IMG/VR virus record: IMGVR_UViG_2513237098_000002 | Coordinates: 8,147 to 72,146 of that record | Origin: a virus | Taxonomy: Duplodnaviria > Caudoviricetes | Direction: 5' to 3' (one strand) | Length of the DNA stretch: 64,000 nt | Shown here: positions 38,730-48,832 of the stretch, one piece after another | How the letters are laid out: each line of letters begins with the position of its first letter | Numbering within the stretch: the first letter of the stretch is position 1 | Notes under the pieces: model-generated | Seen by the model: the letters and a program-made list of their open reading frames with translations, nothing else | Database searches by the model: none | What the model was told of the DNA's origin: nothing | Made by a program: the position numbers and the translations under genes

Positions 38730-39512
38730 ATGAGTGATCGCCATATTCGCCGCTCCGGTGACGAATACCGCGATGCCTTCCTCGAGCTGTTGCCGCAGGG
38801 CCAGGCTTGGCCGAAGCACACGATCGACAGCGTGCTCTGGCAAACGTGCGACGGCCTCTGTCAATATTGGGGCACGGTCGACGGCCGCGCCGCCGATCTC
38901 CTCGAGCGCGAGAGCGACCCGCGCATCACCATGGAGCTGTTGCCGGACTGGGAGCGCAATTGGGGTCTGCCCGATCCATGCTACGCCGAGCCGCAAACCA
39001 TCGGCGAACGACAGCGCGCCTTGGTGCAGCGGATGACGCTGTGGGGCGCGCAGTCGCGCCAATTCTACATCGATTTCGCGGCCCAGCTCGGCTACGGAAT
39101 CACGATCTCCGAATTTCGCACCTTCGAATGCGGGCTCGATCGCTGCGGGGACAGCCGCGTCGTTGGCGACGGCTCCAACCCGATGTTTCACGACAATTTC
39201 GTGCGCGGCTATCTGCCGGTCTACAACCCGAACGGCGAACGCATCGCCGATGGCGAATTATCGGAATGGCCGAACTACGGATTGGGGCCGCCGGAGAACC
39301 GTTACTATTGGACGGTGCATGTCCACACCACCAGCCTGGTCTGGTTTCGCTGTGGTGGCGGTGGCGGCCAGACCGGCATCGATCCGCACTTACGTATCCG
39401 TCGCGCTGAGGATTTGGAGTGCGTCTTGGAGCGCTGGAAGCCGGGCCACACGATAATCATTTGGGATTATTCCGGCCTACAGCCGAGCGATCCGATGGCG
39501 GGCACGCCGTAA
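38730..39512 (+). CDS. Baseplate protein, Mu gp48/YmfQ-like
   Basis: LLPQGQAW, LLPDWERNWGLPD, ECVLERWKPGHT. Confidence 0.9.
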   Translation: MSDRHIRRSGDEYRDAFLELLPQGQAWPKHTIDSVLWQTCDGLCQYWGTVDGRAADLLERESDPRITMELLPDWERNWGLPDPCYAEPQTIGERQRALVQRMTLWGAQSRQFYIDFAAQLGYGITISEFRTFECGLDRCGDSRVVGDGSNPMFHDNFVRGYLPVYNPNGERIADGELSEWPNYGLGPPENRYYWTVHVHTTSLVWFRCGGGGGQTGIDPHLRIRRAEDLECVLERWKPGHTIIIWDYSGLQPSDPMAGTP

Positions 39513-39584
39513 CGGCTCATTGAACCCTTCTCGACCTGAAACACGGTGGCCCCGGCGCGGGCCGCCGCAAAAGGACGCGCGCGC

Positions 39585-40631
39585 ATGAAGTACAATCAGC
39601 CCTACGGTTTGGCAGAAGAGGACGTGCTCTATAGCGTTCCCTTCGTGAACGGCGATCCCTCGATCGGCCGCGCCGGCTCGATCCCGCCAGCGGAGAGTAT
39701 CGAATACGACCAGCGCGAGATCATCGCGGTGATCCAGTGGGCCTACGACCACGGCTACGTGGACTACGCCGCGCAGCTCTGTCAGGCCCCGACCAACGCC
39801 GACCTGACGCAACTGCTTAAGGCAATCTGGGGTCTCGTCAATTCGCGCTTTCTGCAAGCGCCGCGCGACTACTATGTGAATGCCGTTACTGGGAACGACG
39901 CCAACGACGGGCTCTCCGCTGCCAAGCCGTTCAAGACCTTACAGAAGGCGCAGGACACCTTGGTGCGGTTCAATTTGAACGGCTACAACGTTACCGTCCA
40001 TGTCGCGGCAGGCACCTACGCGCCGGTCAATATCGGCTCAATCGGTGGCGCTGGAACGGTCTCGTATGTCGGGGACACGTCCAACCCGGCCAACTGCCTG
40101 ATCGCAGCAAGCGTCGGCCCTTCTGTCGGCGTGATCGGGACCGGCGACTATCGCTTCTATGGCTTCAAGTGTACATCGGCGGCGAATGACGTGGGCGTCC
40201 CGTCAACCTGCTTCTGGGTGTGGGGCACCGCGACCGTCGCTCTATATCAAATCGAGTTCGGCGCGACCATCGACGCCCACATGATCACGGTCAACGGCGG
40301 CTACATCGGGTGCTTCGGGCCGTTCAAGGTCACGGGAAACACCAACAACCATTATTATTGCGGTAGCGGTGGGCGCATTCTCAACACGACCTATGCGCCA
40401 GCGCTGCTGGCCTTGACGATCCCCAATCCAATCACCGTGACCCGTTGGGTCTATTGCGACGGTGCCAGCGGCACCGTCATGAAGTACGGCACCATCACCG
40501 GCTTCGCCAATGTCACCGGCCAAAAATATACCGCCGTGCAAAACAGCATCATCGATAGCGTGGGAGGCGGCATCAACTATCTGCCCGGAACGATTGCCGG
40601 TACAACCGCGAGCGGAGGACAGTACACATGA
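39585..40631 (+). CDS. Tail fibre protein
   Basis: EYDQREI, LTQLLKAI, YYVNAVTGND, PFKTLQKA, beta-helix-like C-terminus. Confidence 0.8.
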   Translation: MKYNQPYGLAEEDVLYSVPFVNGDPSIGRAGSIPPAESIEYDQREIIAVIQWAYDHGYVDYAAQLCQAPTNADLTQLLKAIWGLVNSRFLQAPRDYYVNAVTGNDANDGLSAAKPFKTLQKAQDTLVRFNLNGYNVTVHVAAGTYAPVNIGSIGGAGTVSYVGDTSNPANCLIAASVGPSVGVIGTGDYRFYGFKCTSAANDVGVPSTCFWVWGTATVALYQIEFGATIDAHMITVNGGYIGCFGPFKVTGNTNNHYYCGSGGRILNTTYAPALLALTIPNPITVTRWVYCDGASGTVMKYGTITGFANVTGQKYTAVQNSIIDSVGGGINYLPGTIAGTTASGGQYT

Positions 40632-41224
40632 GCGCCTATGATCCTTACAATTGGTACTGGCTCGCCGACGATGCGCGGCTGTTCGCCAGCGCGACCTCGG
40701 CGCTGATCCAGTCCGACGATCCGGCCTATGTGGCGTGGACGCAGCAGGGCAACGCCGCAACACCGTGGCCAAGGGATGACGCCGGGGAGCAGACGCCCGC
40801 CGAGCTGCAGCGCGCGCTGTTTCCGTATCGCATCCACGTCGATCTGAAATCCTACGCCTTCATGGTGCGCGAGCAGAAGGAACTGGGCGGCATGCCGGTG
40901 ACCGGCATCGCGGGCTTGACGGAAATCCGCACCGGTCCTTCGACGCAGACCTTGCTTGAGCGCTATCACTCGGTCGCCGCCGCCGACCCGCAATTCACCG
41001 TCACGTGGGTGCAGCCGGATCGCAGCACCGTCACGCTGGACGCGACCGCCATCAACAGCCTGTGGAGCCAGCTCGCGACGTTCATCGCCGGCACTTACGA
41101 TTCCTACGCTCAGGCGGTCTCCGGCGTCGACGGCGGTACCATCACGACCACGGGGCAGATCGATGCCATCTTTGGCGTGACGCTGCAGCGGGCTCAAAAA
41201 GTGGACATCGGCTGGACGTCGTGA
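40628..41224 (+). CDS. Tail fibre assembly chaperone (DUF4376-like)
   Basis: YDPYNWYW...WPRD; position after the fibre. Confidence 0.65.
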   Translation: MSAYDPYNWYWLADDARLFASATSALIQSDDPAYVAWTQQGNAATPWPRDDAGEQTPAELQRALFPYRIHVDLKSYAFMVREQKELGGMPVTGIAGLTEIRTGPSTQTLLERYHSVAAADPQFTVTWVQPDRSTVTLDATAINSLWSQLATFIAGTYDSYAQAVSGVDGGTITTTGQIDAIFGVTLQRAQKVDIGWTS

Positions 41225-41225
41225 C

Positions 41226-41579
41226 ATGGCCATCGTCAACATCACGACCATCAACGACGCCGACTTCTATCGCAGCTTCATCTACAAGACGGTTGCTGAC
41301 GTGCCGATTGATCTGACCGGCGTGCAGCTGCGCATGATGCTGCGCAAGCGCGCCACCGACGTCACCGTGTGGCTGCACCTGTCGAATGGCGACGAAGGCG
41401 GCATCACCATCATCGATGCGGCGGCCGGGCGGTTCAGCGTGCTGATCACACAGGCGCAGCTGGAGCGGTTACCGATCGATGAGTACGAGCACTCGCTGGT
41501 CATGACCTCGGCGGGCGGCACCGAGCAAACCTCGGTGTGGCGCGGCACGCTGACCAATCAGGCGGGGCCGTCGCGATGA
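41226..41579 (+). CDS. BppU-like baseplate upper domain protein
   Basis: [18 protein letters not shown]. Confidence 0.65.
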   Translation: MAIVNITTINDADFYRSFIYKTVADVPIDLTGVQLRMMLRKRATDVTVWLHLSNGDEGGITIIDAAAGRFSVLITQAQLERLPIDEYEHSLVMTSAGGTEQTSVWRGTLTNQAGPSR

Positions 41580-43381
41580 CCGACATGGACATCGTGACCG
41601 AACCGGTCTCCGATGTTGAGGTCATCAACGACAGCGACGTCGATGTGATCCTCGTCCCCGAGCAGGGACCGCCCGGACAACAGGGACCGCCCGGTCCGCA
41701 GGGGATACAGGGACCGGTCGGCCCGATGGGTCCGCAGGGGCCAACGGGCACATCCGGCAACACCGTGCGCTATGGCGCGACCGATCCGACCGCAAGCGTC
41801 GGCGTCAACGGCGACTTCTACGTCAACACCACCACGCATTTCATGTTCGGCCCGAAGGCGGGCGGCGCATGGCCAGCAGGCACCTCGCTCGTCGGGCCGC
41901 AGGGACCGCAAGGCCCTCAGGGCATTCAGGGCGTGCAGGGACCGCAGGGCACTCAGGGCGTGCCCGGAGCCGATGGCAACACAGTGCTTTATGGCACCAG
42001 CGATCCGGCAGCGGGCGTCGGCGTCAACGGCAACTTTTACATCAACACGACCACGCATTTCATGTTCGGCCCGAAGGCTGGCGGCGTGTGGCCCGCTGGC
42101 ACCTCGCTGGTCGGGCCGCAGGGTCCGCAAGGCATTCAAGGCCCGCCGGGGGTCGGAAGTCCGGCGACTGCGCTGCCATTGATCGATGGTGTTGCAGCGG
42201 TCGGCGTCTCGACCAACTTCGCGCGCGAGGATCACATCCACCCGTCCGACGTGGCGGCGCAGGCGGTGCGTTTCGATGTCGCGCAGTCACTGACGGCGGC
42301 ACAGCAACAGCAGGCGCGGCAGAACGTCTACGCCGCCCCGTTCGATGCGCTGGCGTTCAACGGCATGCAGATCAACGGCGGGATGGAGGTCAGCCAGCAA
42401 TTCGGCACGGGCGGCGTTGCAGTCCCCGGTTATCCGGTCGATGGTTGGTATTACAGCAAGGTCGGCACTGCCGTCGTGGGCATAGGCCAGTACGCCTTTG
42501 GCGCTTCGGGTTTCGGCTTCAACAACCTGCTGGCGCTGACCGTTTCGACGGGGCAGGCGGCGATGGCGGCGGGCGATGTCTTCCTCCTCCAGCAAGTCAT
42601 CGAGGGGTTTCGCGTGGCGCGGCTGGCGTGGGGCACGTCGGGGGCGCAGCCGATCACCATCGGCTTCTGGACCGCGCATGCACGGCCCGGTCTCTACTGC
42701 GGTGCGGTTCGCAACATCGCGGCCGCGCGCTCCTATGTCTTCACCTACACCCAGAACGCGGCGGGTGTGTACGAGTACAAGACGGTGACGATCCCCGGCG
42801 ACACAACCGGGACCTGGAACAAGGACAACAGCAACGGCCTGTCGGTCACCTTTGCGATAGCGTGCGGAACGACCTTCACCGCGCCTTCTGCCAACAGTTG
42901 GCTCGCCGGAAATTTCGTCGCCGCGCCCGGTCAGGTCAACGGTGTCGGGGCCACCAGCGATGTCTTCCGCCTGACCGGCGTGATGGTGTTACCGGGCGTT
43001 GAGGCACCACCCTCTGCCCGCACACCGTTTATCATGCGCTCGTATGATCAGGAGCTAACGATTTGCCAGCGCTATCTCCAAGCGCCGCTTACCACTAATT
43101 ACGGTCTGTCGGGCTACCTTGCGGCGGCCAACATTGCGCGCATCTCTGTTCCGTTCCGCACGGTGATGAGGGCAGCTCCGACGTTATTGGTTGTGAATGT
43201 AGGACTATGCATTGTCAATTGGAGTGGAGGCAATCCCGCTGCAACCAGCGCCTCGCTGCTTCAATCTGGCCTTGGTGCAGCCGGTGTCGATCTCACTTGC
43301 GCTGGTTCTACATTCTCAGTCGGTCAAGGCTGCGTTGCAGGCATGCCAGCCGTTTCGCTCCTTTTCGATGCGAGGCTCTGA
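41576..43381 (+). CDS. Second fibre/receptor-binding protein with collagen segments
   Basis: GPQG repeats; duplicated GxxGDFY...FGPK module; NGGMEVSQ...[18 protein letters not shown] carbohydrate-binding-like domain. Confidence 0.8.
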   Translation: MTDMDIVTEPVSDVEVINDSDVDVILVPEQGPPGQQGPPGPQGIQGPVGPMGPQGPTGTSGNTVRYGATDPTASVGVNGDFYVNTTTHFMFGPKAGGAWPAGTSLVGPQGPQGPQGIQGVQGPQGTQGVPGADGNTVLYGTSDPAAGVGVNGNFYINTTTHFMFGPKAGGVWPAGTSLVGPQGPQGIQGPPGVGSPATALPLIDGVAAVGVSTNFAREDHIHPSDVAAQAVRFDVAQSLTAAQQQQARQNVYAAPFDALAFNGMQINGGMEVSQQFGTGGVAVPGYPVDGWYYSKVGTAVVGIGQYAFGASGFGFNNLLALTVSTGQAAMAAGDVFLLQQVIEGFRVARLAWGTSGAQPITIGFWTAHARPGLYCGAVRNIAAARSYVFTYTQNAAGVYEYKTVTIPGDTTGTWNKDNSNGLSVTFAIACGTTFTAPSANSWLAGNFVAAPGQVNGVGATSDVFRLTGVMVLPGVEAPPSARTPFIMRSYDQELTICQRYLQAPLTTNYGLSGYLAAANIARISVPFRTVMRAAPTLLVVNVGLCIVNWSGGNPAATSASLLQSGLGAAGVDLTCAGSTFSVGQGCVAGMPAVSLLFDARL

Positions 43382-43590
43382 TGGCGGACTATCAGCTCAC
43401 CGCAACCGACATCGTGATCCGCACCGCCGATGGCGCGTACATCCCGAACGATCCCGCCAACCGCGATTGGCAGGAGTATCAGGACTGGCTCGCGGCCGGC
43501 GGCGTGCCCGATCCGGTGAAGCCGCCGATCAATCCGCAGCTCGACACCAAGCCCGCAAAGACAGCCGCTGAAATCTTGGGAGCAACCTAA
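43381..43590 (+). CDS. Small fibre chaperone
   Basis: YIPNDPANRDWQEYQDWL. Confidence 0.7.
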   Translation: MADYQLTATDIVIRTADGAYIPNDPANRDWQEYQDWLAAGGVPDPVKPPINPQLDTKPAKTAAEILGAT

Positions 43591-43920
43591 ATGTCCGCGC
43601 TCGACCAGATTGCCACGGCCTCCGATCCGACCTTCGCCGGTCGCGTCATGATGCTGATGTTCAAGACCGCGCAGAACGTCGCCAGCGAGGACCCGGCCAC
43701 CGCCAACCACGCCGAACGCATCAACTACGCAGGCTTGGTGATCCGGGGCGAGGAGAAGCCGCAGCTGGTCGCCGCCCACGTCATCTCATCGAACCCCACC
43801 ATCTCGGCAGCCATCGAAAGCGACCCGGCGGCGCTGGGCTCCAACGTGCCCGACGGCGACATCGAGTTCGCGCTGGCCTCGATTTGGGACGCGCGTTCGC
43901 TGGCGTTTGCGGCGGCTTGA
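43591..43920 (+). CDS. Hypothetical tail-region protein
   Basis: 109-aa coupled ORF. Confidence 0.6.
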   Translation: MSALDQIATASDPTFAGRVMMLMFKTAQNVASEDPATANHAERINYAGLVIRGEEKPQLVAAHVISSNPTISAAIESDPAALGSNVPDGDIEFALASIWDARSLAFAAA

Positions 43921-44033
43921 TAGACGCCCTGACGGAGGAAGAAAAAGAAGAGCTGCGCCTGCTGCGCGCGGTGGTGATCTGGGCGATAGCCATGGCCGCA
44001 GTGATCCTGCTCGGCATGTGGGCATTGTCCTGA
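43917..44033 (+). CDS. 38-aa single-TM peptide
   Basis: TTG start overlapping the upstream stop; hydrophobic C-terminus. Confidence 0.35.
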   Translation: MIDALTEEEKEELRLLRAVVIWAIAMAAVILLGMWALS

Positions 44034-44136
44034 ATGAATCGGACGGCGTCGCCATTCGGGCGGCGTCGGGACCGATCCTGGAGTGAAAGGCAAGCTAAAC
44101 CTGCTTCTTTGTTTAACTCCCAAACGCGACTCCTTT

Positions 44137-44164
44137 AGCCCTCGCTTCGGCGAGGGCTTTTTTT
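44137..44164 (+). terminator. Intrinsic terminator ending the late operon
   Basis: AGCCCTCGC-TTCG-GCGAGGGCT followed by a T run, at the strand convergence point. Confidence 0.88.
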
Positions 44165-44197
44165 GTGGCCGGAAAAACCAACACGAACGACAGTCGA

Positions 44198-44479
44198 TCA
44201 CAGCCACACCTCAACGATCTGCGGCTGGTCGCCTTCCATCCGTGCCAGCGGCGTCAGCCCGGAACGGGCGAGACATTCGTGCAGCGGCTCCAGTTCATGG
44301 GCCACAATGATGTCGTCGGTCGGCACCGGCTCCGGAGTGCCCTTGCCGGATTCAAACCGTCGTGCCACGAACGCAGCGGGAAAGTCGCGCGGGTGGTCGA
44401 AGACCGTCCACGTCGACAGCATACCCCGCTGCGCGGCCTCCCACTGGCGCGTCATCACGAGCTGAACCGGGTCCCTCAC
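44198..44479 (-). CDS. Small phage protein (paralog of 46925-47143)
   Basis: WTVFDHPRDFPAAFVARRF...D.PQIVEVW. Confidence 0.7.
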   Translation of the reverse strand: MRDPVQLVMTRQWEAAQRGMLSTWTVFDHPRDFPAAFVARRFESGKGTPEPVPTDDIIVAHELEPLHECLARSGLTPLARMEGDQPQIVEVWL

Positions 44480-44700
44480 GGCTGCACACCCAGCCGCTTC
44501 GCAATCGCGGTTGCTGTCGGATTGTTGAGCGCGTCGCGGAAGTCGGCCGGGTCGAGTTTGTCGGCATATTTCCGTGCCACCTCCAGCATCCGCAAGCTCA
44601 ATCTTCTCGATGCGGCCGTGTTGCCAGCGACGATAGCCTGCTCGGACGCGATCAGTAGCGGCTCAAGCTCGGCGATGAATTGTTGCTTCAGGTGCGTCAT
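44476..44700 (-). CDS. Hypothetical protein
   Basis: Coupled ORF. Confidence 0.5.
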   Translation of the reverse strand: MTHLKQQFIAELEPLLIASEQAIVAGNTAASRRLSLRMLEVARKYADKLDPADFRDALNNPTATAIAKRLGVQP

Positions 44701-45128
44701 GCGTGACCCTCTTCCTTCGGCGCGTAGAGCGACACCAGATTGACCGCGTACTCGCCGGGGGCGTATTCCTCCATCCACATCTTGTCGGCCGGGAACGGGA
44801 CGCCGAACTCCTTGGCAATCATCTTCACCGCCTCCGGGTTCGGGCACGCGCCTTTTGTCGAGCGGCCCACGACGCTGACCGAGAGGTGCGCGCAGAGACC
44901 GGCGGGCTGATCCTCAATCGAGAACGCGGCGCGGAAGCCGCCGGGGAAAACGACGTGTTGCGACGCCGGACGTTCGTAACCGGCCTTGCGGTCTTTTAGC
45001 TCCAAGACATCGGTATCGGCGACCATGCCGTCGCGGAGCGTTTCAAACGACAGCGGGTGGGCCTTGGCGTAGGCGACGAGTTCGGCAATCTTTTCGCGCT
45101 CAGTCGCACCAATCATCAGTACAGCCAT
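44697..45128 (-). CDS. Hypothetical phage protein
   Basis: AFSIEDQP...HLSVSV motif. Confidence 0.6.
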   Translation of the reverse strand: MAVLMIGATEREKIAELVAYAKAHPLSFETLRDGMVADTDVLELKDRKAGYERPASQHVVFPGGFRAAFSIEDQPAGLCAHLSVSVVGRSTKGACPNPEAVKMIAKEFGVPFPADKMWMEEYAPGEYAVNLVSLYAPKEEGHA

Positions 45129-45159
45129 TGGTCTCTCTCACTCGATAATCTTCACGGTA

Positions 45160-45426
45160 TCATCCCAAATCGCCGTCATCGTCTGACTGCATCCCTCGTT
45201 CTGTCAGCCAACGTTTCGAGTGCATCCGCGCCTCCAGCGGCAGACTGACGACCGCGGTGCGCGCCTTGTGCATCATGATCTCAAGCACCTCGCGTGACGG
45301 ACAGGGAACGCCCGGTCGCGCCAGGCGGAAGAAGTACGCGCAGCGATCTATGTCCAGCGACATAAGCATCTTGTTGCGCTCCTCGTTGAACCGCTTAACC
45401 GCTGCGTTTTGCTCTTCGGTGTTCAT
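45160..45426 (-). CDS. Hypothetical phage protein
   Basis: MHKARTA...SKRWL motif; GGAGA RBS. Confidence 0.6.
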   Translation of the reverse strand: MNTEEQNAAVKRFNEERNKMLMSLDIDRCAYFFRLARPGVPCPSREVLEIMMHKARTAVVSLPLEARMHSKRWLTERGMQSDDDGDLG

Positions 45427-45493
45427 TCATCGTCTCCCGTCAATTTAAACGCGTGCGCCGGCGGCAATTCCTTTCTGGAATTGCCGGGGCCCG

Positions 45494-45865
45494 CTAGGAG
45501 CGAGGCAGCGCGATCTTGGCGGAGGCACTTTTTGGTTTTTGATTTTGCCGTTCTGCTTCCAGGACCGCCGAACGCGTCGCATCCAGCGACTTCTTAAAGT
45601 GGGCCAACGTGGCAATTGTTCTATTGATGATTGTTTGTTTTGCGTTAACGCGCGAGAGCGCGCGCGAAAGCTCATGGCGTTCTTTCGCACCCATTCCAAT
45701 TGCCTATTCCAAGTAAACACCGAAGGCTTTTCGCAGTGCCTTCATCACTGCAATCCGACGTGTGTTGCGCACGCGGAAATCCTCTGACCTGCGCCAATTC
45801 AGTTCGGGCCGGTCCAAATCGGACATCACCGCCAAGTCGCCGAGATGGAAATGAGGCATGGGCAT
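45494..45865 (-). pseudogene. ORF interrupted by an in-frame TAG at 45704-45706
   Basis: Track ORFs 45704..45946 and 45494..45694 share one frame. Confidence 0.45.
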
Positions 45866-46049
45866 CTGCAAGGTTCTTCGTAAAAAAACGCGAGGCAGGT
45901 CCGGCTCGTCATGGCAACTTACCGTTCCCGCCCCGCGCCTCAACAACGACTGACTGGGGTCTGGGGGCAGAGGCAGGTCAGTCGCCGTCGATCTCTTCGA
46001 CCATTTCGTGCATTCGGAATTTGATCAATCGGAAGATCGGTTTCATTGC

Positions 46050-46271
46050 CTACCACTCCCGATCCTTGACGCGCCGGTTCAGCGTCCAGCGCTGGCTGGC
46101 TGGATGCCATTCGCCTTCGAAGTAGGCCTTCGGATCGGTGCCCATCAGTTTCAGGATCGTGTAGTCGAGCTTTTGTTGCGTGACGTGCTTCTGATGGCGG
46201 TCATAGATCAGGGCAGGCGCCTTCGGATCATTGCTGGCCAACGGCACCTGGACTTTGACAATTTCGGTCAT
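46050..46271 (-). CDS. Hypothetical phage protein
   Basis: AGGAG RBS before MTEIVKVQ. Confidence 0.6.
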   Translation of the reverse strand: MTEIVKVQVPLASNDPKAPALIYDRHQKHVTQQKLDYTILKLMGTDPKAYFEGEWHPASQRWTLNRRVKDREW

Positions 46272-46303
46272 GACAAATCTCCTGATTCGATCTTCTACCA
46301 GCG

Positions 46304-46525
46304 TCATTGCCATCCTCGCTTTAGCATGAAGCCGTGTGCCCATTGCTGGGTGTAGTCGCAGAACGGACAAATCCAACCGCGCACGGTCGGAAACAGCGCG
46401 CCAAGATCGCCACCGACAATGCGATGATTGCCGTCGTTGCGGTTGGGACAGGTAAACGGATGAAAATTGCCATGACGTTGGTAGAAGTCGAGGTTGACGA
46501 CTTCGTCGGGGGTGAACGCGCTCAT
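46304..46525 (-). CDS. Small Zn-binding phage protein
   Basis: HPFTCP...GWICPFCDYTQ. Confidence 0.6.
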   Translation of the reverse strand: MSAFTPDEVVNLDFYQRHGNFHPFTCPNRNDGNHRIVGGDLGALFPTVRGWICPFCDYTQQWAHGFMLKRGWQ

Positions 46526-46752
46526 GATGCGCGTCCAATTTTCCAATCGACGACGAAGACCGGCACGCCGGGCAGGTGCGACCACTCGACGAAATAGCCC
46601 AAGCCGACGTCCGGATGCGAGATTGAGCCGAGCACCTTGCCGCGCGTGCCAATTGGATTGGCGTCGCGTGGCTCAGACTCGACCTTGACGATCTGTGTGC
46701 CGTTCGGCAGCGCGCCTGGCGCCTGCTTGGTGCTGAAGATGATACGCGTCAT
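46522..46752 (-). CDS. Small SH3-like phage protein
   Basis: Coupled ORF; GTRGKVLG...YFVEW. Confidence 0.55.
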   Translation of the reverse strand: MTRIIFSTKQAPGALPNGTQIVKVESEPRDANPIGTRGKVLGSISHPDVGLGYFVEWSHLPGVPVFVVDWKIGRAS

Positions 46753-46922
46753 TGCTCACCCCGCAGTCGGGCTTTCATCTCGGCAGGCATGTCTGGCATC
46801 ATCTCCCGGATGACGCGGCAAACGCCGCACACGTTGATGCCGTCGTGGGTGCCGAAGTTAATGATGGTGCGGCAGCATTCTTCGCAGATGAATTCGACGC
46901 AGGCTTCTTTTTGTGGGCTCAT
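46749..46922 (-). CDS. 57-aa Zn-finger protein
   Basis: CEEC...CGVC; ATGA overlap; below the track cutoff. Confidence 0.55.
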   Translation of the reverse strand: MSPQKEACVEFICEECCRTIINFGTHDGINVCGVCRVIREMMPDMPAEMKARLRGEQ

Positions 46923-46924
46923 GG

Positions 46925-47143
46925 CTAAAACCAGTTTTCAAGGATCTGTGGTTCATCGGCGAAGTCGCGCGGCAAGCGCATCAAACCGCGATGGAGGAGG
47001 GACCGACGCAAATCGGTGAGATCGGATGACCGGATCGTGCACTGGGTGGCGTGGTCGCCGTCAACGCTGACAAGAAACTTTCGAGCGATATACCCGACCG
47101 GGTAATCGGTGGGATGATCGAAAATGACCCAGATGGCAAGCAT
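46925..47143 (-). CDS. Small phage protein (paralog of 44198-44479)
   Basis: WVIFDHPTDYPVGYIARKF...DEPQILENW. Confidence 0.7.
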   Translation of the reverse strand: MLAIWVIFDHPTDYPVGYIARKFLVSVDGDHATQCTIRSSDLTDLRRSLLHRGLMRLPRDFADEPQILENWF

Positions 47144-47457
47144 TATGCCGACCCCCTCGAACGCGCGACACGTAACTCGAATTCTCGAGCGAACTTGCGC
47201 AGTTCCTGGTCGATCAAGTCCATCTTGTGCAGATCGGCCGGCGTCGGCTCGCGGTCGGAATCCATGATCACCATGATGCTGCTAAACAGATGCTGTGCCC
47301 CGGCGAAAAACGCCATGCGCATTTCATCGAGCTGATCCTTCGGCGCGTTGGGATGCAGCACCGCCAAACGGAGGCCGACCCAACCGGCTTCGATCAGCAA
47401 GCCATTGTCAGCGAGTTCTTTGGACAGACGTTCCAGGTGCGCACGGTCAGCCATCAT
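47143..47457 (-). CDS. Hypothetical phage protein
   Basis: EMRMAFFAGAQHLF motif. Confidence 0.65.
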   Translation of the reverse strand: MMADRAHLERLSKELADNGLLIEAGWVGLRLAVLHPNAPKDQLDEMRMAFFAGAQHLFSSIMVIMDSDREPTPADLHKMDLIDQELRKFAREFELRVARSRGSA

Positions 47458-47669
47458 TGAACTTCCTGTGCTGCTCGCTGCCGCGTGGTGCGCGGCGTAT
47501 CGAGGTGAGATCGATGTCGATCAGCGGCAAAGCAGTGATCGCAAATGAAAAACCACCGGTTCTCCGGGTCGCGCCAGATGCCCTTGGCGGCGTGGCACAG
47601 GACGCAATCCCGCTTGTGGGACGTGGCGCGCGCGATGAAGCGGCGGCGGGTGCTGGTGTTGTCGGTCAT
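47454..47669 (-). CDS. Small Zn-finger protein
   Basis: CVLC...CDHC. Confidence 0.5.
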   Translation of the reverse strand: MTDNTSTRRRFIARATSHKRDCVLCHAAKGIWRDPENRWFFICDHCFAADRHRSHLDTPRTTRQRAAQEVQ

Positions 47670-47685
47670 TCCTCGGCCTCGGTCG

Positions 47686-48165
47686 CTATGAGGACAGTTT
47701 CCGTCGCGGCAGCAATCCCACCAAGCGGCCTTCAGTCGTGCCCTGCTCGAGGGAGTAGAATTGCAGGGGGCCGAGGCGCGGCTTGGCGTCGTCCTTGCGA
47801 AGAATTAACCGGGTCGCCATCGTCAAGCCTTCTTTCTCGTCTTCACCCGAGAACATCAGCACCTCCACGCGCCTGGGATGAGAGTTGGCGCCGAAACGAT
47901 GCAGACGTTCGTGATCTTCGGCGCTCAACTCGCCACCGACCATCCAACCCTCGTCGATGAAGACGACGCGGCTGGCATTCACCGTCTTCAAGACCACGCG
48001 AATCAAACTTGCGATCATGTCTTTATCGTTCTCCGGCGGGATCGTGATGACGACGTCCTCGCCTTCGCCGTCGACGAAATGAAGGATCGGCCTGATTGAG
48101 CCCATTCGTTCGAAGCGCTCGCCAACCAGCTCTGACGCGATCTCGATGAATTCGTGCAAGCCCAT
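47686..48165 (-). CDS. Hypothetical phage protein
   Basis: 159-aa ORF; FIDEGW, HPRRVEVL. Confidence 0.65.
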   Translation of the reverse strand: MGLHEFIEIASELVGERFERMGSIRPILHFVDGEGEDVVITIPPENDKDMIASLIRVVLKTVNASRVVFIDEGWMVGGELSAEDHERLHRFGANSHPRRVEVLMFSGEDEKEGLTMATRLILRKDDAKPRLGPLQFYSLEQGTTEGRLVGLLPRRKLSS

Positions 48166-48183
48166 TTTGCATTCCCACGCGCG

Positions 48184-48459
48184 TTATCGGTGTTCCACGT
48201 CGTTCAGCTGGCACAGTCGGATGCCTTTGGTGGTCAGCTGATAGATGTCGCAGTCGATCCGGTACTCGCTCACGTCGGCGCGGGTGATCCAGACAATACA
48301 GCCATGACGCATCAACCACGAGACGGCAGGCAGCACATCCTGGTGGAGGAGCGCGCAAGAGCGTGGGACAGCGATCTTGTCCAGGGCGCTGCGGCGCTCC
48401 AGCACCCGACGCACTTGCGGCGTGATCGTTAGCTCTGGTCCATCAGGCTGTGCTTCCAT
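48184..48459 (-). CDS. Small winged-helix-like protein
   Basis: VSWLMRHGCI...YQLTTKGIRL. Confidence 0.5.
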   Translation of the reverse strand: MEAQPDGPELTITPQVRRVLERRSALDKIAVPRSCALLHQDVLPAVSWLMRHGCIVWITRADVSEYRIDCDIYQLTTKGIRLCQLNDVEHR

Positions 48460-48474
48460 GGCTGTGGGTTTCCT

Positions 48475-48828
48475 CTATCGTTTTTTGCTGTTGGTCTTGG
48501 CCTTCTCTCGGGCACGCGCCTGTTGTTCACGCCACTTTGCAGCGGCTTCCAATTCCTTTTCGAAATCGAGCTTTTCGGTTTTGACGAACTTCTCTTCGTA
48601 ACCGAGTGCCGACATCGTCGCCATGATGGTGGCGTGCTTCGGGTCCTTGGTGTCGCCCTCGAACCAGCCATCGAAGGTCGAGAGAGCAACGCCAGACAGC
48701 TCGTGCAGCATCTTGCGTTTGTTTTTGGCGAACATCCCTTCGTCCTGGAGAACGGTTCGCATTTTATCGATCACCGGGTTTTTTGTTTTCCAATTGTAGG
48801 TACGGTACGACATGATGAAGCGTGCCAT
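48475..48828 (-). CDS. XRE-like HTH protein
   Basis: LHELSGVALSTFDGWF...PKHATI. Confidence 0.7.
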   Translation of the reverse strand: MARFIMSYRTYNWKTKNPVIDKMRTVLQDEGMFAKNKRKMLHELSGVALSTFDGWFEGDTKDPKHATIMATMSALGYEEKFVKTEKLDFEKELEAAAKWREQQARAREKAKTNSKKR

Positions 48829-48832
48829 GATT

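Noticed and set aside
41869-43002. 377-aa alternative-frame ORF inside the fibre gene
   Set aside because: Arg/Ala-rich shadow frame with no RBS, unlike the nested 17736 gene.
39585-43381. Diversity-generating retroelement acting on the fibre genes
   Set aside because: No reverse transcriptase is present, and the internal repeats do not show adenine-specific differences.
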